Assembly: GCA_043228905.1 (NCBI GenBank)
Contig: JBHGNT010000004.1
Span: forward strand, 1-64,000
Direction of reading: 5' to 3'
Length of the DNA stretch: 64,000 nt
DNA from: Azolla caroliniana
Lineage: Eukaryota; Plantae; Polypodiophyta
Positions 1-12,879 of the stretch are shown in pieces. How positions within the stretch are numbered: position 1 is the first letter of the stretch; each line of letters begins with the position of its first letter. The position numbers and the translations under genes were made by a program. Under the pieces are notes generated by a model that worked only from the letters and a program-made list of their open reading frames with translations, had not been told where the DNA came from and did no database searches.

Positions 1-2235
1 TCGTGTTATTATGTACTTGAAAAGTACCAAAAGTGTAGATAGTAAAATGTTTGTGTTCACAAAAACATACTAATACGATGATTTATGTTTCGATATGTGG
101 GTGGAGTATTCATAGACTCCACTCACGATTCACTCACGGAATGTATGGGGCCACATGTAATCACTGAAGTGATTACAAACACAATTGAGCTTACTATGCA
201 AACGACCTTGTTACTTTTGGCATTAATATACACCACAGTTGTGGTGAATTGTAGAGCCTCTATTTTGTAGATTTTATTAGCATTTGCATAAATAATTATG
301 TGGGAACAAAGTATAATGCATATGTCATCAGAAGCATAGATTTCTTTCTATGTGAATATAGTTATATAAATAATGGGGAAAATCATTGTTTCTTCTATTG
401 CAAAGTTTAGGGTTTAGGGTTTAGCCTAAGACGACAATGCCAATGTCAAAAGCGAATTTGTAGAGACATATTTCATGGCGAAAATGGTTCGGGGTGTTTT
501 TGTATCTTTAAACTATAGAATTTTCAACGCCTAGCTTGTGGAAAATGAATTTCTAAGTAGTTGAAACCCCACACTTATAGGGAACAATGTCTGCATAACT
601 TGTTTGCAAGTTCCCATATTAGATACATGATGGAGCAAGCTCTCAAAGGACAAACATGAACTAATTTTAATCTTGAAGTGTTTATAGCATTTGTTTGAAG
701 TTTTAAGCCAGTAATTCAAGCGAGAAAGCATAAACTTAAATAACTTTCTCAATGGACCGACTTCTACAATCAAGTGGTCCACAAGCTGCTCATCTCCATG
801 ATAAGTACTTTTCATTAGGGATCTTTATATTAAAGTTTTGTATAATTGTTTTTCTTGCCAATGTCTACATTACTACTTGGAAACTCGATACAAGATAAAA
901 TCCCACAAAAGCTAGAAACTTTCAATGCTCAAAACCACTCAAACTAAATGTGAATCATCATGCGAGATTTCAAAAAAATTGTGAACAATCATACAAAGAG
1001 TGCATGAGGTGGTCGCAAAATCTAGTTTCTTTGAAAGAACGACATGTTCTGATTTTCTTCTCTCTTCATGTGGACTTGTTGTGGAGTATATGTTCAAGGT
1101 AAAAGAAGAAATAAAAACTCACATTAACTTCCTAGGTCCCATGACAAGTAAAAACATTCAAAGACATATAAAAGCAAAATTTGATGAAATACGCATCCTT
1201 CCTTTGTGATGCCATGATAGATTCCTAAGCGAATGAGGCTTTTTTGCAACATAAAATATGCAACTCATGAGAGAAGTGGAGGCTTTGAGCCTCATGCTTC
1301 AATCATTATGTTACATATGTTGCAACCAATTTACAAAACCATATCGAACAACAAAGCACCCGTACACAGTAGAGCCCATCCCCTCATGTATCACTCACCC
1401 CATTTCTTCAATACAACCTAGCTCTGTTTCACTTTGTCGCAAGATTGAGCATTGGGACACAAACAAGAATGAATTCATGATTTGAACATGCATTTTTTGC
1501 CCCAAACTACTTTGCAAGTTAGGGCTATCACACTCTACTATAATGAATGCTCCACCTTCGAATAGAGCAATTGGAGTTTGCTTTTCCCCTATTTTAAAGC
1601 ATGAAGCTATTATGACTACACAAAATTTAGTAGTGTCGAATTGCATGTTTTAGTAAAATGCTTGAATATCAAGAATCACTAATCTACACAACAGAAGACA
1701 TTTTATATATTTAATGCCCTGCAAATTATATTTGACCTTTGAGGATGATAACAAAACTCATCCATCCCTAGGTGGGAGAGAGAACAACTGGCGAAGATCT
1801 AAGGTTGAGGACAATATTGCAACCACATGGGAGAAGCATTGAAGCTCGAATTCGAATATGACCTCTTAGTCTCCATTGGGCAACCGTACCAATTGAGATG
1901 TCTCTCTCTCTCTCTCTCTCTCTATTGCAACATTCATTGGTAAAGTTCTTGAACATCGAGAGTTGCTACTCACTTTCACACGTATCACGTGAAATGTAAT
2001 ATTTTTGGTCTCATAGGTCATATTTGACCCTTGAAGACGATAATATAATCTATCTATCTATCTATCTATCTCTCTTGGACAACACAAACCATTCCCGACT
2101 CGAAATCCAGAAGATACACACTCAGGTTTCTTTCAGCTCTACTAAGTTTTCTATATGTATCCTAAACCACCCCACCATTTTTAACTTAAAGAGAAACCGT
2201 TCATTCCCATTTGTTTGTTGTTGGCTAGTAACTAC

Positions 2236-2666
2236 TAACAATCGGCAATGGTTCGGTTGAACTGAACCAAACTGCGAAACCGCGGCTTAACGGTTTCAAC
2301 GGTTCGGTTCGGTTTTAACAGTTAGAATTTGCGGTTTAAATGGTTTAACGGGTTATTATTTTTTTTAAATTTAAAAAATTTATTAAAAATTGTTTTTAAA
2401 CAATAATTTCATTTTTAGACCTTATTCTTAGATCTTAGGAACATCTTAAAAATTTTAAAAATTCAAAATAATGAAAAATTATAAATTTAAAAAAATTCAA
2501 AATTTGACCTGAAAACCAAAACCGAACCACGAAACCGTGGTTTTTGCGGTTTAATGGTTTTTACGGTTTGAACATCGTTTAAAGGTTCGGTTCGGTTCAG
2601 GTTTTTAAAAAATAAATTAAACGGTTCGGTTTGGACCCTCTCGAACCGAACCGTTGCCGCTTGTTA
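2236..2666. mobile_element. hAT-type MITE (AACCG-rich family), copy 1
   Basis: TIRs TAACAATCGGCAA / TTGCCGCTTGTTA. Flanks GTAACTAC (2228-2235) and GTAGCTAC (2667-2674) match 7/8 as a TSD. Many AACCG/CGGTT subterminal motifs and an AT-rich centre. Closely similar to 52911-53323. Confidence 0.9.
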
Positions 2667-2736
2667 GTAGCTACCCCTGTTCTTCCTGACTGAGCCTGGC
2701 TCTCAGATATACAGATACATACATACATACATAGAT

Positions 2737-4363
2737 ATGGTGGTGGCGGTGGGCGGCTATGGTGTCTCCTCCGTCTCCACAGACCTGGGCTCCTCCTCCT
2801 CCTCCTCCTCCTCCTCCTCGCTACCCCCTCACGTGAACCGCCTCTCCAGCCTCTCCAATCCCTTCGTCAAGCACGTGGTCAAGCTCCGCCAATCCCCCTC
2901 CTACAGGCACGCCTCCACATCCCTCGTCGTCGTCGGAGATGTACCCCTCAGGTAAATCTTTCAATCCCCCCCAAAACCCTTACTTAACTCTTTTCTCTTC
3001 ACTAATCCCTGCTCTTTTTCTTCTTCAAAGGGAGCTCTGTGACATCTCCATCTCTAGGTTTGGAAAGAAGACCTTCCTCGAACATCTGTTTCTTCTTGAA
3101 GGATCTCATGGATGTGAAGATCTTTCGGAGGTTTCAGAGAGAGTGGTCTTTGTGACTTGTGAGGTAATGAAGAAACTCTCTGGAGTGGATTCGATACAGG
3201 GGTTGAATGCAATCGGGATCACTTCTTTCCCTCTGTCTTTCTGCTCATTGGATGATAAGTACAGCTCTCATCACGAAGGAAACTCCTCGGATTTAAACTC
3301 GTGGTGTCCTTCCCCTCAGAGGCTACTTGTGCTTGATGGCATTCAAGTGAGTAGTAGCTCATTTATTTTTGGGAGTGTTTGTTTCTTTAAAGTAATAAAT
3401 CATGTTAAGTCCCTAGCCTAGCTCTACTTCTCATTTTCTTTTTATGGCCCTAGTTAACTTGCTCAGCTTTAATAATCTTTGTTTGTTAGGATCCAGGAAA
3501 TCTTGGGACACTCCTACGTACGGCGGCAGCGTTCGATTGGGTATGCAATTCTCTCTCTATATATGTATATGGATTTGTATGTGTGTGTCTGTGTAAGTTT
3601 ATTTGTGTGGGTATATGCATTTGTTTATGTGTTTGTATGTATCTGTACTGAGTGGCTCAACAACATCCAAAATGTTGATTTGTATTATGCACATGAATAG
3701 ATCTGCCACTTCCATTAGACAATACCAAGATAAGCTTATGAAGGTGGTAGTGAATTTTTAGTGAACGTTTCTTCTAACAATATTGGGTTTGTGGCAGCCA
3801 CTTTCACAAACATGAAGCATCAATATACTGTTCCCATCATTTATTGTGAACATTCTATTTATTTGCATGTTTAGCATGTTGGATGAATTTGTAAATATTT
3901 ATATATGTGACAGGATGGGGTTTTCTTGATGAATGGTTGTTGTGATCCTTTCAATGAGAAAGCATTACGAGCATCACGAGGTGCATGTTTCTGGATCCCG
4001 ATTGCTTGCGGCAATTGGAACCACCTCAAAGACTTTGCAACATTAAAGAAAATGAAGCTTTATGCTGGTGAACCAGCGAATGACACTATTACAAATTCCT
4101 TTAAGCAAGACCTAAACTTAAATGACAAGAGTAAGTCTGTAATAGATGTTGAGGTTGAGGGAGCCAATACATTGGCAACCAATTTGAATGAAGATCCAAT
4201 GTGTCTCGTATTAGGTAGTGAGGGACAAGGTCTCTCACCAGAGGTTAAAGGCGCTTGTTCCTCCATTTCGATACCGATGCCAGGTAGATTTGAATCACTT
4301 AATGTCGCTGTTGCAGGGGGGATCTTGCTATATCTTTTACAAAAGAAGAATTCTTTGCCATAA
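2737..4363 (+). CDS. SpoU/TrmH family tRNA/rRNA 2'-O-methyltransferase (SPOUT), 4 exons
   Basis: Exons 2737-2951, 3031-3346, 3490-3540, 3914-4363 with GT-AG ends and a continuous frame. SpoU motifs LDGIQ|DPGNLGTLLRTA, DPFNEKALRASRGA, LVLGSEGQGL, IPMPGRFESLNVAVAGGILLY. N-terminal SLSNPFVKHVVKL substrate-binding segment after a poly-Ser tract. Confidence 0.93.
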
Positions 4364-5766
4364 ATTGATTTTGAATATAAATTTGAAGTAGATGAATAGA
4401 ACAGCATCCTGCAGTTGGAAAAGTTCACATTTTTTATTGATAATGAAATGTGATTGCCATATTGATGGAAACTTGACATGTAGGTCTTATTACTAAACAA
4501 CATCCCTCAAAAGAATCATTTTCAAATGTGAATTACATTTGCATAACACTTGCGTGGTGATGGTGAGCTATATAAGATGAAAAGAAAGCTTATTAATTAT
4601 ATTGGGATAGCAAAGAGTAACTAATATCTAAAATGCTTGTTGCATGGACACTTCAAACATTGGGAAAATCAATAATATTACTGATTCTTGAAAATTGAAA
4701 ATGGATAAGTTTCAATTGACACAAGGCCAAGCTTAAAACCATTTGAAAATGTGTGTCTACTTGGACGCTTGGTGGATTATGGGTTGTATGTACTAGATAT
4801 TGGTACCTTATGTATTGAGAATTGGAGATAGTGAGATCACTAATAACTTATTCTATTGTGCGCACGCATGTTGAACAATTAATCTTCTCACTTATTTATA
4901 TCTATCAAGACTTTAGTGTATCATTAAATCTAAAATTCAATGAGAGATGCAAGGAGGGTGATAATGTTATAAGACGAAAGTTGTGTGGAGGGTGATATGA
5001 GCAAGCATTCATTTGGCAATGAGTGATTGCATTATTAATCTATGATAGCCATGTTTCTCCAATGCCCATTTGTGTTCACAAGATTCAAAGCATTTGTTTA
5101 TTGCATCCCCATTTTGATGGGCTTTTGAGGACTTGCCCATGCTTTCGGATTTGTGTCTTGCTCCCTTAGATGCCAAGGTTGATTTAATAATCGGTTGATT
5201 CATTCACCACATTGTTGCAATGCACTATAACATGACGTTCCTTCATGAGAATCTTCTTTACTTCTTGGATCCTAAAAGAAGCAACATGTTGGCATATAAT
5301 GTCTGCATGTTGCAATTGTGACATGTTTGCGTGCACCGTGAAGTGGGTTTCGGCTGATCTTAAGTGCTTGCAACGGAGTGATACAAGTCTTTGCTTTGGG
5401 TGTGTAATGTAATCGAGACAACTTCAATGGGTGCACCGCACCTCCTTGATATCTAAAATAGAAAAGATTTAGGGAAGAAGTTGTGATATATATATATATA
5501 CATATGTATATGTATTCTAAGGATTAAATGAAGAAAAAAAAGATGAGAGAGCGAGAGAAAGAGAAGGAGAGAATGAATGAATAAACAGAATGAATGAATA
5601 AACGAGAACGTTTCGCGACCATGAAACAGCGAAGAGACACACGCTTAGCGTCTCTGCTTCTGACGATCCTGTTGCCGGCCTGCCATTCAATCCGTAAAGA
5701 AGAAGAATCATCATCAGAGGGCCTAGCCACGATCGATCCTCAGAACACAGAGTTTGCACTGCCATC

Positions 5767-8700
5767 ATGGGCTGCGGGCCCTCGTCCCTGGACACCTCAG
5801 ACCAGAGTGCCAAACAGAAACCATCCAAGGAGCAGACAGCCTCCAAGGATCAGACTAAGCCTAAGAGCCCTAATAAGAATGAGAAAGAGAAGAACAATCA
5901 GACTAAACCTAAGTATATACATTACCTACACACAGGCATATACATACATACATACATACAGATAATACATATACGTGCCTTCTAATCCTGAATTCTTCTT
6001 CATCATCATCATCATCATAGAAAATTACCACAAGTTTCTGTCTGCCTGTTTAGGTATATACACATATGTTATGTATAGCAACCTCAACCTCATGATTTAA
6101 TGGACCTACGGTTTTACGAATTGTAGCGGGAACGGCAAGAAGACAAATGGTGTAGAAAAGAGTGACGGCAAATCGAATGGTGGTAATGGTGCGAAGAGTC
6201 CACGGGCGGCGGCGGCGGCTGCAACGCCGTCGGCGGTTGTGCCCGTACCCGTGCCCGTGCCATGGTCGAAGACCGTTATAACCAACGACATGAAGTTTTG
6301 TGTGCTAGTGCTAGGTGCTTAATCACACACTCTAAACGTATTAAATGCCTTCTTGGGGAATGATTTTTAAAAACTTAAAATTTTGAGTATTGGTGGTGCA
6401 CACCGAAACAAGTTCTGGGCATTTTGGTGTATCGCCCTCACTGATTCTACCATGAAAACGAGTCCTTTACCTAATCGTATAAAATTTTATGTTATATAAG
6501 AAATGACTATTGTAGAACTCATTATTACAATTATTAGAAGAAGATTATTGATAATATTCTTATGATTTAACAACATAAGTGTTAATTATGCACTAGAATC
6601 AAGAGTATTCCCATGATTAGCACAATTGAGCAACATTCTAAGAACATAAATCAATGCTAGAATATTTTGAATGCAATCCCAATTCCGAAAGTTAGTTTGG
6701 TATACGTGTGTAACGACCAACTATGAGAATTGAATTCATCAACAATGAGTCGGTGTAGGTGGACCGGGTTCCGGAAAGTCGACGTTATGTACGAAGATGG
6801 CAGAGGAGTACGATATGACGCGTGTGTGCATGGGTGCTCTCATTCGTGCGGCAGTGCAAAAGGGTGGTGAAGCTTCAAGCAATGCGGCAAAGCCCATGCA
6901 AGAAGGCCGTCTTGTGCCCAATGACTTTGCCCTCAATGTATTGAAGGCACATTTGAATAGCCTTAATGCCACATCTAAACTTCGACTTCTCATTGATGGC
7001 TTCCCCAAGACTGTTGATCAAATCACAGCGTTTGATGCCCAGGTATACATATATTTGTTAAACAAGAAATGGCAATGCAAAGCATAATGTTACACAAAAG
7101 CTTCATGATATCTCACATGAACACTAGAAATACTTTTGGCTAGGAAACTGAAACCCAAACATCTTTCATTATTTCTCCTCAAGTATAGTTATTTCCCAAA
7201 TTCTCTTGGTTAACCTTCAAATGAGGCTTTCCACAATTGCAATGATACTAATTAACACATTGAATATTGTAGAAACATGAGACAGTCACATAGCTAACAA
7301 GATTCATTGGCATGGACAGTTCACACCCGATGTCATAATATACTTGGCATGCCCTAGTGACAAGTTGGAGGAAAGGTTGTTGATGCGTGCGGAGTCTGGA
7401 GAGCGAGCAGATGATAAATCAGAAGCAATTGTTAGGAGGATTGAGCAATTCAATCGAGAGTACTCGAGTATCGTTGACTACTTTAATGCAAAATATCCAC
7501 AACAATTCAAGAAAGTACAGTCCAAGCCAATGATTTTAATGTCAATAAAATCCATACAAATAGATGAAACAAAAAATAGTGTTGATCATGGGTTCAACTA
7601 CATGTTTATTGGGTTATTTTTTGTAGGTTAAGTCTGGATCACTTGAAAAAGTCGAGGTCTTTTTGGAAGTTGCTAGTCATCTTAAAGAGATGTTTAGCAT
7701 GCTACCTCTTACTGTATTGGGACACAAGAAGCATGATTGTTCAAAGTTGGAATATGTCTTCATCTTGGGTACGTTTTTTTCAGAGACCTTATATAGTCAT
7801 ATTTCTACTTCATTGCGAATAATTTGATGATTTCAATGTGTGTGTGAGAGTGAATTAAGATGGAATCCCATTGTCGAAAAAACACCAACAAATGAAGAAC
7901 TGATTTATAGGGGTTTCACATTTTCTACGATTGAGAATGCCATTTCTTAATTATGTACATAAATCATTGTATCATTGCATTGTAGGTGGACCTGGATCTG
8001 GAAAAGGGACACAATGTAAGCAAATGGTAGGTAATTGAATATGCTAAGAGTTATCAGTTTTTTGTATATTTCTCAAGCTATTATATGTTTTAATGTGGTA
8101 ACTTTAGTGCTTTGCTTGGATGGAAACAAGATTAGCTTATAGGTTGTCAAATAATTGGATACTGAACTACACTTTATTTCTATGGTTTCACATGGAACTT
8201 ATAAACGTGGTAATGATGCTTCTAATGGGTTCGTAGGTAAGGGAGTTCGGGTATACGCACGTGTCAACTGGAGATCTACTACGAAATGAAGTGAAGGCAG
8301 GATCAACCATCGGACGTGAAGTAGATTCAGTCATGCGTAGCGGAGGATTAGTGCCGTTGTCAGTCACACTCACACTTGTTGATAACGCTTTTCGTGCATC
8401 TAGTTGTAAACACTTCCTCATTGATGGATTCCCTAGATCACTAGAACAAGCCCATGCATTTGAGAAAAAGGTATGTTACTTGCTTTTGAGATTAATTTTG
8501 TTTGTGAAAAAAAAAACTCAATTACATTTGTCCCACTTTCATTGTTTATGTGTGAGAAAGATTGCCAATTCTTTACTATAAGCACCCTATCTAGGGTAAA
8601 ATCTTGAACTTACTAGATCAAATGGTTTGGCAAATTGATATGTTATGAAACTGTAAAAGTGTAGAAATTTAGGGCAATCCTTGAAACTTCACAAATATTT

Positions 8701-9244
8701 GGCTCCTTCTTTGGTGAAAAATACTTGTCCTAATTTATTGTAAGTTTGGGCAAATATTCGAAAAACCGTCAATGCTACAAATAGCCATAAGTTTTCAAAA
8801 ATCTTGAAAACTAACCATCATGTTGATCCTATCTTGTTGGATCAAAAGTCTAGCAAAACACATGCATTGAGTGGTTGTTTTCATGTTGATTAGTTTGGCA
8901 AGCCAGCTCTTGTCATCTACTTGAATTGCTCCACAAGCACTATGGAGAAGAGGTTGTTGGACCGTGGGAAAACATCTAATCGCGCGGATGACAACATAAA
9001 AACTATTAAGTTACGGTTTGAGACTTTCCAAAAGGAGTCTAAACCGGTAATAGAGTATTACAAATCCAAAAACAGCTCTTCCATTATCAAAGAGGTATGA
9101 AGCTAAATAAAACAAATATGATGTCTATATGTCAATTGTTTATTTACACCGTCTTTTTAATGTCTAATCTTGTAGATTTCTGCGGAAAAGGATCCGGCAT
9201 ACGTGTTCAAAATTATCAAGGAAACAATCGAGACACTACCATAA
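5767..9244 (+). CDS. Tandem two-domain adenylate kinase / UMP-CMP kinase-like protein with MGC N-terminus, 9 exons, 499 aa
   Basis: Exons 5767-5912, 6127-6314, 6759-7042, 7320-7514, 7627-7768, 7986-8026, 8237-8470, 8894-9094, 9176-9244 sum to 1500 nt. Two P-loops (VLG|GPGSGKST and ILG|GPGSGKGTQC), LIDGFPK and LIDGFPR, two short LIDs (ERADD, NRADD). The exon 1 donor is the least certain boundary. Confidence 0.88.
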
Positions 9245-9645
9245 AAAAAGGTTGACAATTTTATTTCTTTACTTAGTAGGGTTTTTTAGTGTGCTTTTAT
9301 GATGACCACTAATTATTCACTAGCGTACTAAGAGCTCTGCAGATTATGTACAAAATCTTTCACTACCTTGAGTTGGAAATTACAAATTCACAAGATGTTG
9401 GCAAATACTATTCCTTACCAATCAGAAGTTGAAATTCAATCAAAGTCAAGCATATTGATCCTCCCTTCAATCACCTTGCATCTTTGTACAAAACAAGATT
9501 AACATCTTGAAATTTGTATACTCCTTTATTGTTAAAACATTTCATTTCCATGAAATCATTGATTGAATGAAATTTCTTAACATAGAGATGTGTTATGTTC
9601 ACTTTGTCATTTAGTAAGAGGAAATTGTTATGTTTGTCTATCCTG

Positions 9646-10092
9646 AAACCCTTGTAATGCAAGTGTTAAAATCACCTTATTGCTATTAGTAAGACAAGTG
9701 ATGGGGTCTTCCGTATCAAGATGGCCCATGATTCGTCAATCATCTACTTATGGCAAGAACATCACAGTTGATATAATTCGGTTGAAATTACTTTACAGAA
9801 TGAACATCACAGTTTCTTTTAATGGTGAGAATGTCTCCAGTTATCAATTGCAAGAACATACCAAGACTAATCCCGGAACCCTTGTAATGCAAGTGTTAAA
9901 ATTACCTTATTGCTATTAGTAAAAGTGATGGGGTCTTCCTTATCAAGATGGCCCATGCTTCTGCAGTCATCTACTTATGGCAATATTGGAGGAAGGATAC
10001 ATTGATATAATTAGGTTTAAATTACTTTACAGAATGAACATCGCAGTTTCTTTTAATGGTGAGAATGTCTCCAGTTATCAATTGCAAGAACA
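9646..10092. repeat. Tandem duplication, about 231-bp unit x2
   Basis: AACCCTTGTAATGCAAGTGTTAAAAT...CAATTGCAAGAACA occurs at about 9646-9858 and 9877-10092 with few differences. Confidence 0.9.
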
Positions 10093-10631
10093 CAGCAGTT
10101 TTATAATCTCATTTTGGATTCCACTCAAGTAAATAATATTATCGGTGTTCAATCATGGTCGTGGGATATTTTGTGGTACCATTTATTTATTAAACCATCA
10201 TAACACCCACCGAAGAATGGAACTCCTGATGACAATGACAAAAAATATATTCATACAAAAATTAAAAGGAATACAAAAATGTGTGGCCTAATACAGGGTA
10301 TTTTCACACAATACAGTTGCAAATTCTATTTTCGACAAAAATAAGACACATTTAATTAAGTTCAATAATCTACAATAAAATCAATGGACTTGGGCAGCAC
10401 CTTACAAACATTGGTGTGTAACTTTGGGGACTGTTAATTATGCGCAACTAAGCTGAGGAACTAAAAAAGGCATCATTTTGTATAGTTCAAAACAATACAA
10501 AACAAGACTAGGTAATGTACAATTTATTGTTAAATATGCAGGAGATGCTCACACATTATCATCAACTCCATACTTCAGTTTGCTAGCTTTGTCACATTGA
10601 GCCAAATAAGTACATGGATGGCGAAATGTGG

Positions 10632-12568
10632 TTAGTTAGAGACAAATGCATAGGATGCATCCACATGAGATTCTACATCCCATAGAAAGCTACCAAATGC
10701 AACCGATTCCATCACCAAGTGTTTCAACCCTGCAAAGCTAATTTTCAAAGGCTCGTCTTTGTTAATCCTCATCGACCCATCTGGAGCTACAATAACATCT
10801 GGTCTCCCGAATAGTGCTTCAGTGTGCTTTTCAAGCACCCTTAAACTCTCTCTTGACCTCACAGTGGCTATCCTTTGCAACAACTCCACATCCATATTAG
10901 CAATGTATGATTGCAAAGCTGTTGGCTTCATGCCACCAAATTGCATTGGGCTCGGTGCTCCAAGACCTCTCAAGACATTATCCACTGGACGGTTTCCAGA
11001 ACTATTTGAATTCACTTCAGCATTTACGGTTTCATTCATGGATGTCTCGCTGGATCCAGATGGAAGTAGCTTCATGGTCTTTTCTAAGTGGAACCTTTGA
11101 TACACTCTTCTCAAGAAGTAACCATATATTATCGAGGCCGCATATACTTGTCCAACTCGAAGCTTGCTAATTTGAGCATAAGTGCTATGATCTAGGTATC
11201 CAGAACCTCCTTGACCACCTAATATTAGGGTTATGTGTTGCTTAATCATATCTAGAACATCCACTGAATGCACAGCTTCAAGCTCTTTAACTTGAACAGG
11301 CCATGGCTTCTCAATGGAAGTGATTGATGCAAGGCTCGGAACCATTGAGATGCCTGATTCGACAAATTTCTGCACGATCAAAGTGTATATAATCTCTTCC
11401 AACTTGATCCGCCTCTCTTGTTCTTTCACTTCAGCAATCCTCCTAAGAAGATAAAAGAAAATAGTATCACTTTAAAGTATTCTCATGATGTAAACCCAAA
11501 AACACTTTCTTTTTGCTGCTATAATGAATTAGCAAAGAGCTGAAAAACCGATATTTACATTTATAGGCCAAGGAACACACCCATTTCTTACTTAAACGTA
11601 GAGCCAAAACTTTTCAACTAGATAATGACTAACAGATTCCACTATGTTAAAAAGATCAATCAAATTTTCTTATTTTTTGAGGAACTTAGACTAATTTTAA
11701 TCTGTTTATCAGTTTTAGTTGTGTCTTTATTTCCAACTTTGTATACTCCTCAACTTGATAGTCTAATTTATAGCTTTCCCTTGACTATATTCAACTTATT
11801 TATCAAGTTTTCAGTTCTTGCCTAATTAAATTCAATTTCCTTATCTAAATTGAATGAATAATTTCAACTTGCTACATCTCGGTTTGGAGCTTGACTTAGA
11901 ATTTAACTTGTTTGGCAACATACCTATAAAGAACTAAGTCTGACCCTCCGAGTTCTGGTTTTGCTGTTTCGGGCGAATCTTCTTTGTTCTGGTTCTCAGC
12001 TAATCTCTCGAGCTCTTGTTCTATGGCTGCTGGAAGGAGATGAGGATGGCTTTTAAGAAGCTGAGACAAGTATTGACCAGTCGGAGATTCAGGCTGAAAT
12101 GGAGCAATCCATGAACTGCTCTCTTCATTACTGCTGACTGCCTTTACCGTATTATGCTTATTCCATCTCCTCTTTGAAATACATAATTTTCTCGTCTGGG
12201 TCGAATCAAGCTACAAATGTACCAATATTAGTAGAAACCTCTAACAATAGTACCACTAGCTTCTTTAGTTCAAGATTAATTACACACCATTTCCCTCAAA
12301 AATAGATTGCATAACTTTTTGAGCACCATATGCTTGTTGGGCAACTCTTTATGCCCAGCAATGCTTCAATTATTACACAATCGATTGAGGAAAATCATAA
12401 GATTCAAAATAATTCATATCATTAATCTTGTACCTTAAGGAAACCCAGATGTGAGCCGAACTGAGCTGAATGGTTGGGCAGTGAACACCGCAACATATTC
12501 GGGGACAGCTCACTAGAGGATCTTATAATGGGGTGAACTGAAGAGGCTGATGCGATGGACAACTCCAT
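10632..12568 (-). CDS. DUF760 plastid protein (UV-B-induced protein At3g17800-like), 3 coding exons
   Basis: Exons 12568-12434, 12210-11924, 11442-10632. Motifs APFQPESPTGQYLSQLL, LVLYRRIAEVKEQERR, LEEIIYTLIVQKF, GQVYAASIIYGYFLRR, AFGSFLWDVESHVD. Ser-rich transit-peptide-like N-terminus. Probable 5'UTR intron 12573-13325. Confidence 0.92.
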
Positions 12569-12879
12569 CACCCTATAAAAAATAAAGTTCGTTGAATAAA
12601 ATGAAGAGAAAATTCCTGCAAAAACCATCCTTAGTTGAATGAGTTAAAAACAGTCCAACTAGAGTAGGCACTTGAATTGGTAAAAATATGAATTAATGTT
12701 CTTCCCATAGCTACGAGTTTGGTCAGGTACACAAAATATGACTTCACTTTAACCATATACAGCACGAAAACATGTTTTAACACGGACGAGATACACAAAT
12801 CTTTCTGCTTCCTACATCCCCATAGCAGATATTGCCCTCCCAGAACAAAGGTATATTCTCTTTCAGATAAGACGTTGTT

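Noticed and set aside
407-424. TTTAGGG telomere-type repeat (similar at about 20690)
   Set aside because: Fewer than three units; common telo-box-like words in plant DNA, not a telomere or fusion site.
430-1700. Short ORFs that might be a decayed gene or transposase
   Set aside because: No recognisable motif or consistent splice structure; cannot be assigned without a search.
4060-4503. Antisense ORF over SpoU exon 4 (similar cases at 10759-11100 and 8188-8421)
   Set aside because: Antisense shadows of real coding exons.
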